Origin: an uncultured Acidimicrobiia bacterium
GTDB taxonomy: Bacteria > Actinomycetota > Acidimicrobiia > Spongiisociales > UBA5794
DNA: 64,000 nt
NCBI GenBank assembly: GCA_963823505.1
Contig: CAWGLY010000005.1
Coordinates: forward strand, 1,218,370 to 1,282,369
Direction: 5' to 3'
Each line of letters starts with the position of its first letter. Position 1 is the stretch's first letter. The notes under the pieces were generated by a model, which was not told where the DNA came from, ran no database searches, and worked only from the letters and a program-made list of their open reading frames with translations. This document shows positions 18,508 through 28,879 of the stretch, piece by piece. A program made the translations under genes and the position numbers.

Positions 18508-19953
18508 CTACGTGGCTTGCTTCTCCAGGAACTCGTAGAGCTCGGTGAGGTCGACCCCGGGGATCGTCTCCACCGGCATGGCGGCGAGCACGTGGCTGTT
18601 GGGCCGCACCGACGGCCAGGCCCAGCCCTCCCATCGTGAAGCGAGCGCACCGGCAGGACGGCGGCAGCACGACGGGTCCGGGCATCGCGATACCGAATGG
18701 CGATCGGTTTGCCGTCCGCGGAAGAACTGCGCCTCCTTGAAGGCCGCCCCAACGGTGATGGCGCTGACCGGCTCCTGGGTGGCCTCGACGTGGGTGCAAC
18801 ACCAGAACGTCCCGTCCGACGTGTCGGTGTACTGGTAGTGCATCGAGAACTTGTCCTCGGAGTGGAACGCCTGCCTCGTGCCCCACTCCCGGCACAGCCG
18901 CTGCCCCTCGATCGCCCCGACGGAGTTGCGTGGGAACGGAACGTCGTTGTTCTCGTAGGCCTTCCAGATGATGCCCTGCTCGTCCGAGCGAACGAAGTGA
19001 ACCGGCAGACCGAGGTGCTCCGTGACCAGGTTGGTGAAGCGGTGAGCCGCCATCTCGTACGAGACGTAGAAGCCATCGCGCAGATCCTCGATCGAAAGAT
19101 CACGCTCCTTCTTTGCCTCAACGAGCTCAGGCACCATCGCCACCTCAGGCATGAGGACCGCACCGGCGAAGTAGTTCACCTCGACCCGCTGCCGCAGGAA
19201 CTCCGAAAAATCCCGAGGCTCGGGATGGTCGAGGGCGAAATGGCCGATCGTCTGCATCACCACCGAGCGGGCGCCGCGCACCGTCATCGAGTCGCGCTGG
19301 GGGATGTAGATCCGGCGGTTCCGCAGGTCGGTCACCGAGCGAACAGATGACGGCACCCGCTGCGACCGCCGCACGGCGAAGTCGAAGCGCGCCGCCACCT
19401 CCCGGATATCACCCTCCGTGAGGGCGCCACGACCCGAATACCCGACCGAATCAACCAGATCTCGTGCCACCTGCTCGATCTCGGCGAAGTAGTTTCCCCG
19501 GCTCCGCATCTCCGCTCGCAGCTCGGAGTTGGCGATCCTGGCCTCCTCCCGCGTCACCATCGTCGGCCTGGCGCGACTCTCCAACTCCCGGAACAACCTC
19601 ACGAGATGCTCGAGCACCACGTCAGGGATCTTCGCCGAAGGACGTAGCAGCGGGAGCCCGAGGTCCTCATACAGCGGATCTTCCTGGGCGCGCTGGAGTG
19701 CGATCTCCAGCTCTGCTCGGCGTGTAGGAGGTTCGGGCGCCAACAGCTCGGATACGGGCACATCGAGGGCACCAGCGAGGTCGTTGATCAGCCCGATGCG
19801 CGGCTCCCGCTTGCCGTTCTCCAGCATCGAGAGATAGGGCGCTGCCTTACCGACGAGGCTGCCGAGGTCATCCAGCGTCAGACCCCGCTGGCGTCGCAAG
19901 TACCGGATTCGGTGACCCAGAACCAGCGAGTCAACCCGTTGTGGTGTGCTCAT
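18508..19953 (-). CDS. ramB: RamB-like transcriptional regulator (XRE HTH plus ImmA/IrrE-type domain)
   Basis: Start at [31 protein letters not shown] (ATG 19953; ORF caller extends to 20211). N-terminal HTH_XRE, C-terminal DUF955/peptidase-like region. Divergent from aceB-aceA. Confidence 0.7.
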   Translation of the reverse strand: MSTPQRVDSLVLGHRIRYLRRQRGLTLDDLGSLVGKAAPYLSMLENGKREPRIGLINDLAGALDVPVSELLAPEPPTRRAELEIALQRAQEDPLYEDLGLPLLRPSAKIPDVVLEHLVRLFRELESRARPTMVTREEARIANSELRAEMRSRGNYFAEIEQVARDLVDSVGYSGRGALTEGDIREVAARFDFAVRRSQRVPSSVRSVTDLRNRRIYIPQRDSMTVRGARSVVMQTIGHFALDHPEPRDFSEFLRQRVEVNYFAGAVLMPEVAMVPELVEAKKERDLSIEDLRDGFYVSYEMAAHRFTNLVTEHLGLPVHFVRSDEQGIIWKAYENNDVPFPRNSVGAIEGQRLCREWGTRQAFHSEDKFSMHYQYTDTSDGTFWCCTHVEATQEPVSAITVGAAFKEAQFFRGRQTDRHSVSRCPDPSCCRRPAGALASRWEGWAWPSVRPNSHVLAAMPVETIPGVDLTELYEFLEKQAT

Positions 19954-20065
19954 CGAAAGATCGGCCCTCTTGCATGATTGTGTGAAGTATTGCAGATCTT
20001 TGGAGGCGCAGGAATTGCAGGAATCCACAACCTTCACGATCCTTGGAAACACCCTATCAACACGG
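19954..20065. promoter_or_regulatory. Divergent ramB/aceB control region with three TTGCA-type repeats
   Basis: cTTGCAtgat, aTTGCAgat and aTTGCAggaat within 60 bp, followed by GGAG 8 nt before the aceB ATG. RamB operators in corynebacteria contain TTTGCAAA-like cores. Confidence 0.35.
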
Positions 20066-21661
20066 AGCGTCACCATGCCGAGCGGAGTGGACATCACCGG
20101 CCCCATCGAACCTCGATTCGACGAGGTGCTCACCGACGAGGCCATCCATTTCATCGCCGACCTCCACCGCCGCTTCAATCCCCGCAGGATGGAGCTCCTC
20201 GCCGCCCGCAAAGAACGGCAGCGGCGGATCGACGACGGGGAGATGCCGGACTTCCTGCCCGAGACCGCTCACATCCGGGAAGGCGACTGGCAGGTGGCAT
20301 CTCCGCCTGCCGACCTTGCCGATCGCCGCGTCGAGATCACCGGACCCACCGACCGCAAGATGGTGATCAACGCCCTCAACTCCGGAGCGCGGGTGTTCAT
20401 GGCGGATTTCGAGGACGCCAACTCCCCCGGATGGCACAACATGGTGGATGGTCAGGTCAACTTGAAGGACGCCGTCCGCCGCACCATCGATTTCACCAGC
20501 CCTGAGGGCAAGCAGTACTCGCTCAACGACGAGACCGCCCGCCTGCTCGTACGTCCTCGCGGCTGGCACCTCGATGAGCGCCACATCCTCGTCGACGGGG
20601 AGCAGATGTCCGGCTCGCTGATGGACTTCGGGCTGTACTTCTTCCACAACGCCAGGGAGTTGCTGGCGCGGGGCAGCGGCCCGTACTACTACCTGCCGAA
20701 GCTGGAGAGCCACCTCGAAGCGCGCTTGTGGAACGACGCCTTCATCCACTCCCAGGATGTCCTGGGCGTGCCGCAAGGGTCGATACGGGCCACGGTGTTG
20801 ATCGAGACGATCCTGGCCGCATTCGAGATGGAGGAGATTCTCTACGAGCTACGCGACCACTCGATCGGGTTGAACGCAGGACGCTGGGACTACATCTTCT
20901 CCATCATCAAGAAGTTCCGGAACGATCCTGACAAGCTCCTCCCCGACCGCGTGCAGATCACGATGACGGTCCCGATGATGAAGTCGTACACAGACCTCCT
21001 GGTGAAGACATGCCACAAGCGCGGCGCCTTTGCCATGGGGGGAATGGCGGCGTTCATCCCCAGCCGCGACGAAGAGGTGAACCGCCTCGCCTTCGCCAAG
21101 GTGCGCGAGGACAAGGAGCGGGAGTCGAGGGACGGCCACGACGGCACATGGGTCGCCCATCCTGGGCTCGTGCCGCTCGCCGGTGAGATCTTCGCCGAGG
21201 CGCTGGGCGGCAAACCCAACCAGATCGACAAGCAGCGGCCGGACGTCCACGTCACCGCGGCCGACCTGCTCGACACCACCGTCGAGGGAGGCGAAATCAC
21301 GGAGGCCGGTGTACGCACCAACGTGGATGTTGCCATCCAGTACATCGCATCGTGGCTCCGGGGCAACGGTGCAGCGGCGATCTACAACCTCATGGAGGAC
21401 GCCGCCACCGCCGAGATCTCGCGTAGCCAGGTGTGGCAGTGGGTCACCAACGGAGCGACCCTGCCAGACGGCTCGAAGATCGGCCCCGACTTCGTGCGCC
21501 AGATCGCCGACCAGGAGACGGCCCGGTTGCGGGAGGAGTTCGGCGCGGAGATCTTCGACCAGGGCAAGTTCGAAGAGGCTCGCCGGATCTTCGAAGACGT
21601 CGCGCTCTCCCCTGACTTCCCTGAGTTCCTGACGCTGCCAGCCTACGAGCTGTTGGAGTGA
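20066..21661 (+). CDS. aceB: Malate synthase A
   Basis: Start at [10 protein letters not shown] (ORF caller begins 19946). Full-length match to the malate synthase A pattern. Confidence 0.9.
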   Translation, partial: SVTMPSGVDITGPIEPRFDEVLTDEAIHFIADLHRRFNPRRMELLAARKERQRRIDDGEMPDFLPETAHIREGDWQVASPPADLADRRVEITGPTDRKMVINALNSGARVFMADFEDANSPGWHNMVDGQVNLKDAVRRTIDFTSPEGKQYSLNDETARLLVRPRGWHLDERHILVDGEQMSGSLMDFGLYFFHNARELLARGSGPYYYLPKLESHLEARLWNDAFIHSQDVLGVPQGSIRATVLIETILAAFEMEEILYELRDHSIGLNAGRWDYIFSIIKKFRNDPDKLLPDRVQITMTVPMMKSYTDLLVKTCHKRGAFAMGGMAAFIPSRDEEVNRLAFAKVREDKERESRDGHDGTWVAHPGLVPLAGEIFAEALGGKPNQIDKQRPDVHVTAADLLDTTVEGGEITEAGVRTNVDVAIQYIASWLRGNGAAAIYNLMEDAATAEISRSQVWQWVTNGATLPDGSKIGPDFVRQIADQETARLREEFGAEIFDQGKFEEARRIFEDVALSPDFPEFLTLPAYELLE

Positions 21662-21728
21662 GGCGTTCCCGTATCCCGAAACCCGTATCCCCGTACGCAC
21701 AAGCACTCGAGCCTGAGGAGGCACGCAC

Positions 21729-23000
21729 ATGAATCGCCAGGAACGGATTGCAGCACTTGAAGCTGAGTGGCAGAGCCCGCGTTGGGACGGGATCACCCGT
21801 GAGCACACGGCCGAAGACGTCGTGCGGCTCCAAGGATCCTTCACCACCGAGCACACCATCGCCCGGATGGGTGCGGAGAAGCTGTCCAAGCTCCTCGCCA
21901 CGGAAGACTACGTTCACGCGCTAGGTGCCATCAGCGGCGGGCAAGCCGTGCAAATGGCGAAGGCGGGACTCAAGGCCATCTACCTGTCGGGCTGGCAGGT
22001 CGCCGGTGACGCCAACGAAGCCGGCCAGGTCTACCCCGACCAGTCGCTCTATCCCGCCAACTCGGGCCCGAGCCTCGTCAAGCGGATCAACAACGCGCTG
22101 GCTCGCGCCGATGAGATCGAGTGGGGCGAAGGCAACGACGACACCGACTACATGCTGCCCATCGTGGCCGACGCCGAGGCAGGCTTCGGCGGCGCACTGA
22201 ACGTGTACGAGTTGACCAAGGCGTACATCGCCGCCGGTGCGGCAGCCGTCCACCTCGAGGACCAGCTCGCTTCGGAGAAGAAATGCGGCCACATGGGTGG
22301 CAAGGTGCTCGTCCCAACCAGTCAGCACGTGCGCACGCTGAAGGCGGCCCGGCTTGCGGCCGATGTCTCCGCCACGCCGACGCTGGTCGTGGCTCGCACC
22401 GACTCGCTGGCCGCCACGCTCCTCACCAGCGACATCGACGAGCGCGATCAGCAGTTCGCAACCGGAGAGCGTTCCGCGGAGGGCTTCTACTACGTGCAGA
22501 ACGGCATGGACGCAGCCATTTCTCGCGGTCTTGCCTATGCCCCGTACTCGGATCTGATCTGGTGCGAAACGTCCAAGCCGAATCTCGAGGAAGCGGCGCA
22601 GTTCGCCGACGCCATCCACGCTCAGTTCCCGGGCAAGATGCTGGCCTACAACTGCTCACCTTCCTTCAACTGGAAGGCCGCGTTGGACGACGCGACCATC
22701 GCCTCCTTCCAGAAGGAACTGGGGGCCATGGGGTACCGGTTCCAGTTCATCACGCTGGCCGGCTTCCACGCTCTGAATTACTCGATGTTCGAGCTGGCCA
22801 AGGGCTACGCTGCCGAGGGCATGACGGCCTACGTCAAGCTCCAGGAGGCGGAGTTCGGCGCCGAAGGGGCGGGCTACACGGCTACCAAGCACCAGCGCGA
22901 GGTCGGCGCGGGCCACTTCGACGACGTGGCAACCGTCATCTCCGGCGGCACGGCGTCAACCCTTGCCCTCGAAGGTTCAACCGAGCAGGAGCAGTTCTAG
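21729..23000 (+). CDS. aceA: Isocitrate lyase
   Basis: 423 aa with the KKCGHMGGK signature (K-K-C-G-H). Confidence 0.9.
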   Translation: MNRQERIAALEAEWQSPRWDGITREHTAEDVVRLQGSFTTEHTIARMGAEKLSKLLATEDYVHALGAISGGQAVQMAKAGLKAIYLSGWQVAGDANEAGQVYPDQSLYPANSGPSLVKRINNALARADEIEWGEGNDDTDYMLPIVADAEAGFGGALNVYELTKAYIAAGAAAVHLEDQLASEKKCGHMGGKVLVPTSQHVRTLKAARLAADVSATPTLVVARTDSLAATLLTSDIDERDQQFATGERSAEGFYYVQNGMDAAISRGLAYAPYSDLIWCETSKPNLEEAAQFADAIHAQFPGKMLAYNCSPSFNWKAALDDATIASFQKELGAMGYRFQFITLAGFHALNYSMFELAKGYAAEGMTAYVKLQEAEFGAEGAGYTATKHQREVGAGHFDDVATVISGGTASTLALEGSTEQEQF

Positions 23001-23014
23001 GAGAGGGATGACTT

Positions 23015-23060
23015 GGTACGAGGTACTTGGTACCAAATACCTCGTACCAAATACCTCGTG
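23015..23060. repeat. Stem-loop plus 14-bp tandem direct repeat between aceA and the downstream gene
   Basis: GGTACGAGGTA (23015-23025) pairs with TACCTCGTACC (23038-23048). ACCAAATACCTCGT occurs twice in tandem (23032-23045, 23046-23059). Relatively AT-rich. Confidence 0.35.
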
Positions 23061-23065
23061 CGCGT

Positions 23066-23458
23066 ATGAGTGACCGCAACGTCTTGGGTGGCGAGCTGCA
23101 GGTGTGCGGGACCGACCCGCTGACCGGGTTCTATCGCGACGGGTCGTGCACCACGGGGCCCCAGGACATCGGCAGCCACACGGTGTGTGCGGTCATGACG
23201 CGGGAGTTTCTCGAACATCAGCGCGGCATCGGCAACGATCTCTCGACACCGATGCCGGAGTACCACTTCGCCGGCCTGGTCCCGGGTGACCCATGGTGTG
23301 TGACCGTACGGAACTGGCTTCGGGCCTACCACGACGGGGTGGCCGCACCGGTGGTGCTTGCTGCCACGCACGAACGAGCCCTCGATGTCGTGCCGCTGTC
23401 AGTGCTCCGAGCGCACGCTGTGGACGTCCCAGACGACCCGGGGGTCCTCGAAGTCTGA
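23066..23458 (+). CDS. DUF2237-family small protein
   Basis: MSDRNVLGGELQVCGTDPLTGFYRDGSCTTGP...HTVCAVMT N-terminus matches my memory of DUF2237 proteins. Function unknown. Confidence 0.45.
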   Translation: MSDRNVLGGELQVCGTDPLTGFYRDGSCTTGPQDIGSHTVCAVMTREFLEHQRGIGNDLSTPMPEYHFAGLVPGDPWCVTVRNWLRAYHDGVAAPVVLAATHERALDVVPLSVLRAHAVDVPDDPGVLEV

Positions 23459-23471
23459 CGCGCGACGGCGG

Positions 23472-23906
23472 TCAGCGGCTGAGGGAGACGCCGAGTTCGC
23501 CAAGCAACGTGCGAACCCGCAGCTCGATCTCGTCGCGGATCAGGCGGACTACTTCTACACCCTTTCCTGCCGGGTCCTCGAGTTCCCAGTCGAAGTACCG
23601 CTTGCCCGGAAACACCGGACAGACATCTCCGCAGCCCATGGTGATCACCACGTCGGCAGACCGCACTGCATCCTCTGTCCACAGCTGCGGCGTCTCGCCG
23701 GTGATGTCCACCCCCACCTCCGCCATAGCCTGGGCGGCGGCCGAGTTGACATCGGCCGCAGGTTCCGACCCTCCAGAGAAGACGTCGACGGCGTCTCCCC
23801 CGAGGTGCCGCGTCCATGCGGCGGCCATCTGCGACCGCCCTGCGTTGTGAATGCACACATACAACACGCTGGGCTTCGCCGATGGCTCAGTTTCGTTTGC
23901 CGCCAT
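23472..23906 (-). CDS. arsC: Arsenate reductase, LMW-PTP family (ArsC)
   Basis: CIHNAGRSQMA P-loop (CX5R) and later GGS...C motifs; 144 aa. Confidence 0.8.
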   Translation of the reverse strand: MAANETEPSAKPSVLYVCIHNAGRSQMAAAWTRHLGGDAVDVFSGGSEPAADVNSAAAQAMAEVGVDITGETPQLWTEDAVRSADVVITMGCGDVCPVFPGKRYFDWELEDPAGKGVEVVRLIRDEIELRVRTLLGELGVSLSR

Positions 23907-24095
23907 CTCGACCGTCCCCTCTCGCTCTCCACTGTTGGCGCGTCCGTGCTGAACAGCACCAAAGCGACGCTAGCTGCGCTGGAGCCGCTCGAAATCCGAG
24001 CCGCCACCAACCACCCCGGACGGATTGCCATCCTGGCCAGAGCCGCCAGACTCCCTCGGAATGCGACCTTTGGCCCGGTTGTCCCGTCACGACCC

Positions 24096-24422
24096 ATGTG
24101 CAACAGTTGCCGCGTGACTTCAAGAAATGTTGAATCAATCACGCTCGATGTGCGGTCGCAGGTTTTTGCTGCATTGGGCGACCCGATTCGGCTCCGGGTG
24201 CTGGACGAACTCACATCAGGGGCGAGGTGTGTCTGCGAGTTGCAGACGTGTATCGATGTTGCTCCAAGTCTGTTGTCGTATCATCTGCGAGTGCTGCGGG
24301 AGGCCAGCCTTGTGGAAGCGTCCAAACGGGGACGCTGGGTTGACTATCGGCTCGAACCGACCGCCCGTCGGCTCGTTCAGCTGGCCCTGCCTGCTGAGCT
24401 GATGCCGGAGATCCGGCAGTGA
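24096..24422 (+). CDS. arsR: ArsR/SmtB family transcriptional repressor
   Basis: FAALGDPIRLRVLDEL...CVCEL...LSYHLRVLREASLV HTH with metal-binding cysteines. Start uncertain (ATG 24096 or GTG 24114). Confidence 0.65.
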   Translation: MCNSCRVTSRNVESITLDVRSQVFAALGDPIRLRVLDELTSGARCVCELQTCIDVAPSLLSYHLRVLREASLVEASKRGRWVDYRLEPTARRLVQLALPAELMPEIRQ

Positions 24423-25519
24423 CCACCTCCCCGACCGCCACCGAGCCGGCGCTGGCCCGTCTGTCGCTGGTGGACCGGTTCCTTCCGGTGTGGATTCTCC
24501 TGGCTATGGCGGTCGGGTTGGGTCTGGGGCGCCTCCTCCCCGACCTGAACGACTGGCTCGACACCGTCAAGATCGGGAACGTCTCGTTGCCGATCGCACT
24601 CGGCCTCCTGGCGATGATGTACCCGGTACTCGCCAAGGTCCGCTACTCCCGGATCTCCAACGTCGCCGCCGACCGTACGCTCATGAGCACATCGCTAATC
24701 CTCAACTGGCTCGTCGGTCCCGCGTTGATGTTCACGCTTGCCTGGCTGCTGCTCGCCGACCTGCCCGAATACCGCACAGGTCTCATCATCATCGGGCTCG
24801 CCCGCTGCATCGCGATGGTCCTCATCTGGAACGACCTCGCCTGCGGCGACCGGGAAGCTGCCGCCGTGCTGGTTGCCATCAACTCGGTATTCCAGATCGT
24901 CGCCTATTCGATCCTCGGCTACTTCTATCTCGAGCTGCTTCCCGGCTGGCTCGGTCTCGACACGGCCGCACTGGATGTCTCCATGTGGGACATCGCCAAG
25001 ATCGTGCTCGTCTTCCTGGGCATCCCCCTTGCCGCCGGCTACCTCACGCGAGTCTGGGGCGAACGCACCCGCGGCGTGGAGTGGTACGAGAACCGGTTCC
25101 TCCCCAAGCTCGCACCATGGGCGTTGTACGGACTGCTGTTCACGGTGGTCATCCTCTTCGCCCTCCAAGGGGAAACGATCACCGCTCAACCCGGCGACGT
25201 CGCCCGCATCGCCATCCCGCTCCTCATCTACTTCGGACTCATGTGGGTGATCTCCTTCGCCCTGGGGCTCCGCCTCCAGATGTCCTACGAAAAGAACACC
25301 AGTGTCGCGTTCACCGCCGCCAGCAACAACTTCGAGCTCGCCATCGCAGTAGCCATCGGGGTGTTCGGAGTCACCTCAGGCGAAGCCCTCGCCGGAGTCG
25401 TCGGACCACTCATCGAAGTCCCGGTCCTCGTCGGTCTCGTCTACGTAGCCCTTTGGGCCCGACGGCGTTTCTATGCGACACCACAAGCGGAGCGCCGGCA
25501 CGACGCGACGGCTGCTTGA
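24419..25519 (+). CDS. acr3: ACR3-family arsenite efflux permease
   Basis: 366 aa, about 10 TM segments. ACR3 signature region LAMMYPVLAKVRY and NNFELAIAVAI. GTG start overlaps the arsR stop (GTGA). Confidence 0.85.
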   Translation: MTTSPTATEPALARLSLVDRFLPVWILLAMAVGLGLGRLLPDLNDWLDTVKIGNVSLPIALGLLAMMYPVLAKVRYSRISNVAADRTLMSTSLILNWLVGPALMFTLAWLLLADLPEYRTGLIIIGLARCIAMVLIWNDLACGDREAAAVLVAINSVFQIVAYSILGYFYLELLPGWLGLDTAALDVSMWDIAKIVLVFLGIPLAAGYLTRVWGERTRGVEWYENRFLPKLAPWALYGLLFTVVILFALQGETITAQPGDVARIAIPLLIYFGLMWVISFALGLRLQMSYEKNTSVAFTAASNNFELAIAVAIGVFGVTSGEALAGVVGPLIEVPVLVGLVYVALWARRRFYATPQAERRHDATAA

Positions 25520-25577
25520 GCGGAACGAAGCGGGCCAAGCGGCCTGACCGACTCTGACCAGCCAGTCTCAACCGACA

Positions 25578-26831
25578 CTACCGCGTCGGCATCTCCTCGA
25601 CTTCCATGGCTTCGGCCATGTCGGGGCGGCCGTGAGCCGCGAACCATGACCCGTAGCGCTCCGACAGCGCATAGGCAGACGCACCGTGCAGTACGACGCT
25701 CAACAGGACGGTCCACGTGACTACGAGAAGGAGCGCGTCGGCAACGGGTAGGTTCGCCTCTTCAAGCACAAAGAGACCAAACAGGATCGACGCCAGGCCC
25801 CTTGGGCCGAACCACCCGAGATAGGCGACGGTGGGCGTCTCGAGATGGAAGCCCATGAGGCTGAGGGCGACAGGCAGCATGCGCACCACCGTGAGGCTGG
25901 CAATCGCGTACAAGCCGACCTGCCATGTCAGGTCGCCCAAAGCGGGACCAGCCAGGGCCGCTCCGAAGTACAGGAAAGTGAGCAAGGCCAGGAGCTGACC
26001 TTCGTCCTCCGCGAAGTCGTAAGCCCCTTCACACTCCTCCCTTGCCGCCGCGCCGAAGGCAATGCCCGCCACGAAGGCGGCCACGAACCCGTTGCCGCCT
26101 GCGATCTCTGCCAGGGCAAACGCCCCAACACCGACTCCCAGCGTGGCGAGCTGGCGGAACGCGCCATCGATCCAGCCGCGCGCCGCAAACCAGTGCAGCG
26201 CACGGCCGCCCAACCACCCGACGAGCGCGCCGATCGCCACCCCGAATCCGATCTGTTTCACGGCAAAGGTCACCCAGAATCGCGGAGTCTCCAGGTCGAC
26301 ATCTGCTGCGGCCAGGGCAATCAGCACCGTGATGATCGGCAACATCAAACCGTCGTTGAGCCCACTCTCCACATTCAGCGCTTGACGGATCCGCACGGGG
26401 ACACGGGGGCTGCTCACCACTGCCTGACCGAGGGCGGCATCGGTCGGGGTGAGGATGGCCGCGAGCAGTGCCGCTTCCGGCACTGCAAGCTCGGGAAAGA
26501 CGAGGAGTGCCATCACGCTTCCGGCGATGAGGGTGAGCGGCAATCCGATTCCGAGCAGGCGGACCGGCAACTCCGCTTGCCTCCGCAGTCGGCTCAGATC
26601 GATGCGGATGGCGTCTGTGAACAGGAGCAAGACGAGCGTGGCCTCGGCGAGGACCCGAACAACGCCCTCATCCATTCCCGACTCGAGGAGACCAAGACCT
26701 TCTGCCCCGAGCAGCATTCCGACCGCAACAAAGATCATCGGGCCCGTGAGCGGTGTTGTCTCGAGCCGGCGCGACACAAACGCGTAGGCGACAACAATGG
26801 CCGCCAAGAGGCCGATCTCAGACGTTTCCAC
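25578..26831 (-). CDS. Na+/H+ antiporter (CPA1, NhaP-type)
   Basis: Multi-TM protein with LTPTDAALG and GESGLNDG-like (VESGLNDG) motifs of CPA1 exchangers. GTG start at 26831 with a GGAG 6 nt upstream. Confidence 0.75.
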   Translation of the reverse strand: METSEIGLLAAIVVAYAFVSRRLETTPLTGPMIFVAVGMLLGAEGLGLLESGMDEGVVRVLAEATLVLLLFTDAIRIDLSRLRRQAELPVRLLGIGLPLTLIAGSVMALLVFPELAVPEAALLAAILTPTDAALGQAVVSSPRVPVRIRQALNVESGLNDGLMLPIITVLIALAAADVDLETPRFWVTFAVKQIGFGVAIGALVGWLGGRALHWFAARGWIDGAFRQLATLGVGVGAFALAEIAGGNGFVAAFVAGIAFGAAAREECEGAYDFAEDEGQLLALLTFLYFGAALAGPALGDLTWQVGLYAIASLTVVRMLPVALSLMGFHLETPTVAYLGWFGPRGLASILFGLFVLEEANLPVADALLLVVTWTVLLSVVLHGASAYALSERYGSWFAAHGRPDMAEAMEVEEMPTR

Positions 26832-27033
26832 GGAAGCTCCGAAGCCGGGGCACGGACAGAGGCTACCCGGACGCGAAAAACGGGGCCCTACCGCCCCGTT
26901 CACGCTTCCTACCAGGGTCACGTCTGGACCCTATGTGGCCCGCCGTTGCTGGCGAAACTGTTGTTATAGGTGAGACACCGCACCGGAAGATTCCTTACAC
27001 GTCCTCACGCAAGACTTGTGGCATAGTGTCGGC

Positions 27034-28875
27034 ATGGCTCGGAGGTGGGTGCTGCTCTTGGCGGTCACGCTCCTGGCGGGCGCGTGCGGTGATGAAGATG
27101 CCGACCCGCCGGTGGCGACCACCGCAGCCGCCACCGCGAGCCCGACGACGAGCCTGCCGCCCGCAACGTCGTCTTCCGCGCCAGCCACCACCACGACAGC
27201 TGCTGCTGCCCCGAGCGGGCCCGGCTACGGCGGAGTTGCCATCATTGGCGAGGATCAGCACGCGCCCACTCTCAACCCCTACGCCCTCGGCGGCGACAAC
27301 TGGATCGTGTCGATCATCGGGCAAGCGATCCACACCGGCGTCTTCGACGTCGACCCCGTCACGCTGGAGCGGATACCCGAGGTGGTCACCGAGCTACCGA
27401 CGGTGCAGAACGGCGGCATCGTCGTGAACGATGACGGCACGATGACCGTGCACTTCACGATCCGTGACGAGGCGCAGTGGGCCGACGGCACTCCAATCAG
27501 CGGAGACGACTTCGCCTTCACCTACACCACCCTGACCGATCCCACCGTTGCGGCAGCAACATTCCCCAACGCTATCGACAATCCGTACCTGCTCGTCGAC
27601 CCTGCCTCGTTGGAGATCGGCGCCAAGTCGTTCGGGTTCACACTGGTGACGCCGAGCTTGGAGCACGAGCAGATGTTCCGCTGGCTCATCCCGCGCCACC
27701 AAGTCGAGGGCACGGCTGTGCTGAACGACTGGAACGGCGTGCCGTGGCTCTCCGGCGGTCCCTTCGTCTTCGACACGTGGGAACCCGAAGAGCGCATCAC
27801 GCTGATGCGGAACGACAACTACTGGAAGGTCGACAAGGCAACCGGCGACCAGCTCCCGTATCTCGACGTGGTGGTCTTCGAGTTCATCCCCGAGACGGAG
27901 ACGCTGCTCCAGTCGTTCACATCACGCGAACTGGACGTGATCGCACCCCCTCCCTACGCCCCCTATCTCGACGACCTGCAAGCACTGGAAGGCGCAGAAG
28001 TCACCATCGGCCCTGGCCCGATCTGGGAGCAACTGAACTTCCAATTCGGTGAGATGAACCGCAACTCGGACAGCCTGAACCGCTACGTCGACTTCCGCAG
28101 AGCCGTCGCCCATGCCATCGACCGCCACGAGCTGCTGGACGTCGTGCAGGAGGGACACGGCGGCGAACCGCTCTCGTCGTATTTGGACGTGTACAGCCCT
28201 GCACTTTCAACCGGTGCCTGGGATCGATACGACTACGACCCTGAGCGAGCCCGCGAGCTGCTGCAAGGCCTGTGCGCCGAGCTGGAACGCGACTGTGACG
28301 TGGACCCGCCGCACCTGATCTTCTCCACGACGAGCAATGGCGACATCCGGGTCCGCATCGCCGATTGGCTCGTCGAGGAGCTCGGCGACGTCGGCATCGA
28401 CGTCGAGCTCCAGCTCGAGGACTCCCAGATCTTCTTCGGGGAAACCCTCGAGCAGGGGACGTGGGATCTTGGCCTCTGGGCGTGGGCCGGTGCGCCGGGG
28501 CTGAGCAGCGCAGCAGCGATCCACGATGTCTTCGACCCGCAGGCGCCACCGCCAGACGGATCGAACTACTACCGGTGGGGAACCCCCGCAACCACCGGAG
28601 AATCGGCCCAGGGCCCCTCCCTCGTGGCCGACGAGCACACGACTCGCTTCGCAGAGATCGTCGCTGCGATGCGGTCGACCGTGGACGAGACGGAACTCAC
28701 TGCGTTGATCCAAGAGGCCGAAGCCATCCTGGCGGATCAGGTCGTGATCATCCCGCTGTTCTCACGGCTCAGCGCCGGTGCGGTCTGGGCCGACGAGATC
28801 GGCGGCTACGTCAGCAATCCCACGCAGGCGTCCCACACATGGAACATCGAGGAGTGGTATCGCCGAGATCGCTGA
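27034..28875 (+). CDS. ABC transporter substrate-binding lipoprotein, family 5 (peptide/nickel/oligosaccharide type)
   Basis: Lipobox LLAGACG followed by a long Ala/Thr/Pro linker. SBP_bac_5-like body (NDNYWK, region NPYLLVDPAS). The ORF caller used TTG at 27016; ATG at 27034 preferred. Confidence 0.7.
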   Translation: MARRWVLLLAVTLLAGACGDEDADPPVATTAAATASPTTSLPPATSSSAPATTTTAAAAPSGPGYGGVAIIGEDQHAPTLNPYALGGDNWIVSIIGQAIHTGVFDVDPVTLERIPEVVTELPTVQNGGIVVNDDGTMTVHFTIRDEAQWADGTPISGDDFAFTYTTLTDPTVAAATFPNAIDNPYLLVDPASLEIGAKSFGFTLVTPSLEHEQMFRWLIPRHQVEGTAVLNDWNGVPWLSGGPFVFDTWEPEERITLMRNDNYWKVDKATGDQLPYLDVVVFEFIPETETLLQSFTSRELDVIAPPPYAPYLDDLQALEGAEVTIGPGPIWEQLNFQFGEMNRNSDSLNRYVDFRRAVAHAIDRHELLDVVQEGHGGEPLSSYLDVYSPALSTGAWDRYDYDPERARELLQGLCAELERDCDVDPPHLIFSTTSNGDIRVRIADWLVEELGDVGIDVELQLEDSQIFFGETLEQGTWDLGLWAWAGAPGLSSAAAIHDVFDPQAPPPDGSNYYRWGTPATTGESAQGPSLVADEHTTRFAEIVAAMRSTVDETELTALIQEAEAILADQVVIIPLFSRLSAGAVWADEIGGYVSNPTQASHTWNIEEWYRRDR

Positions 28876-28879
28876 GGAT

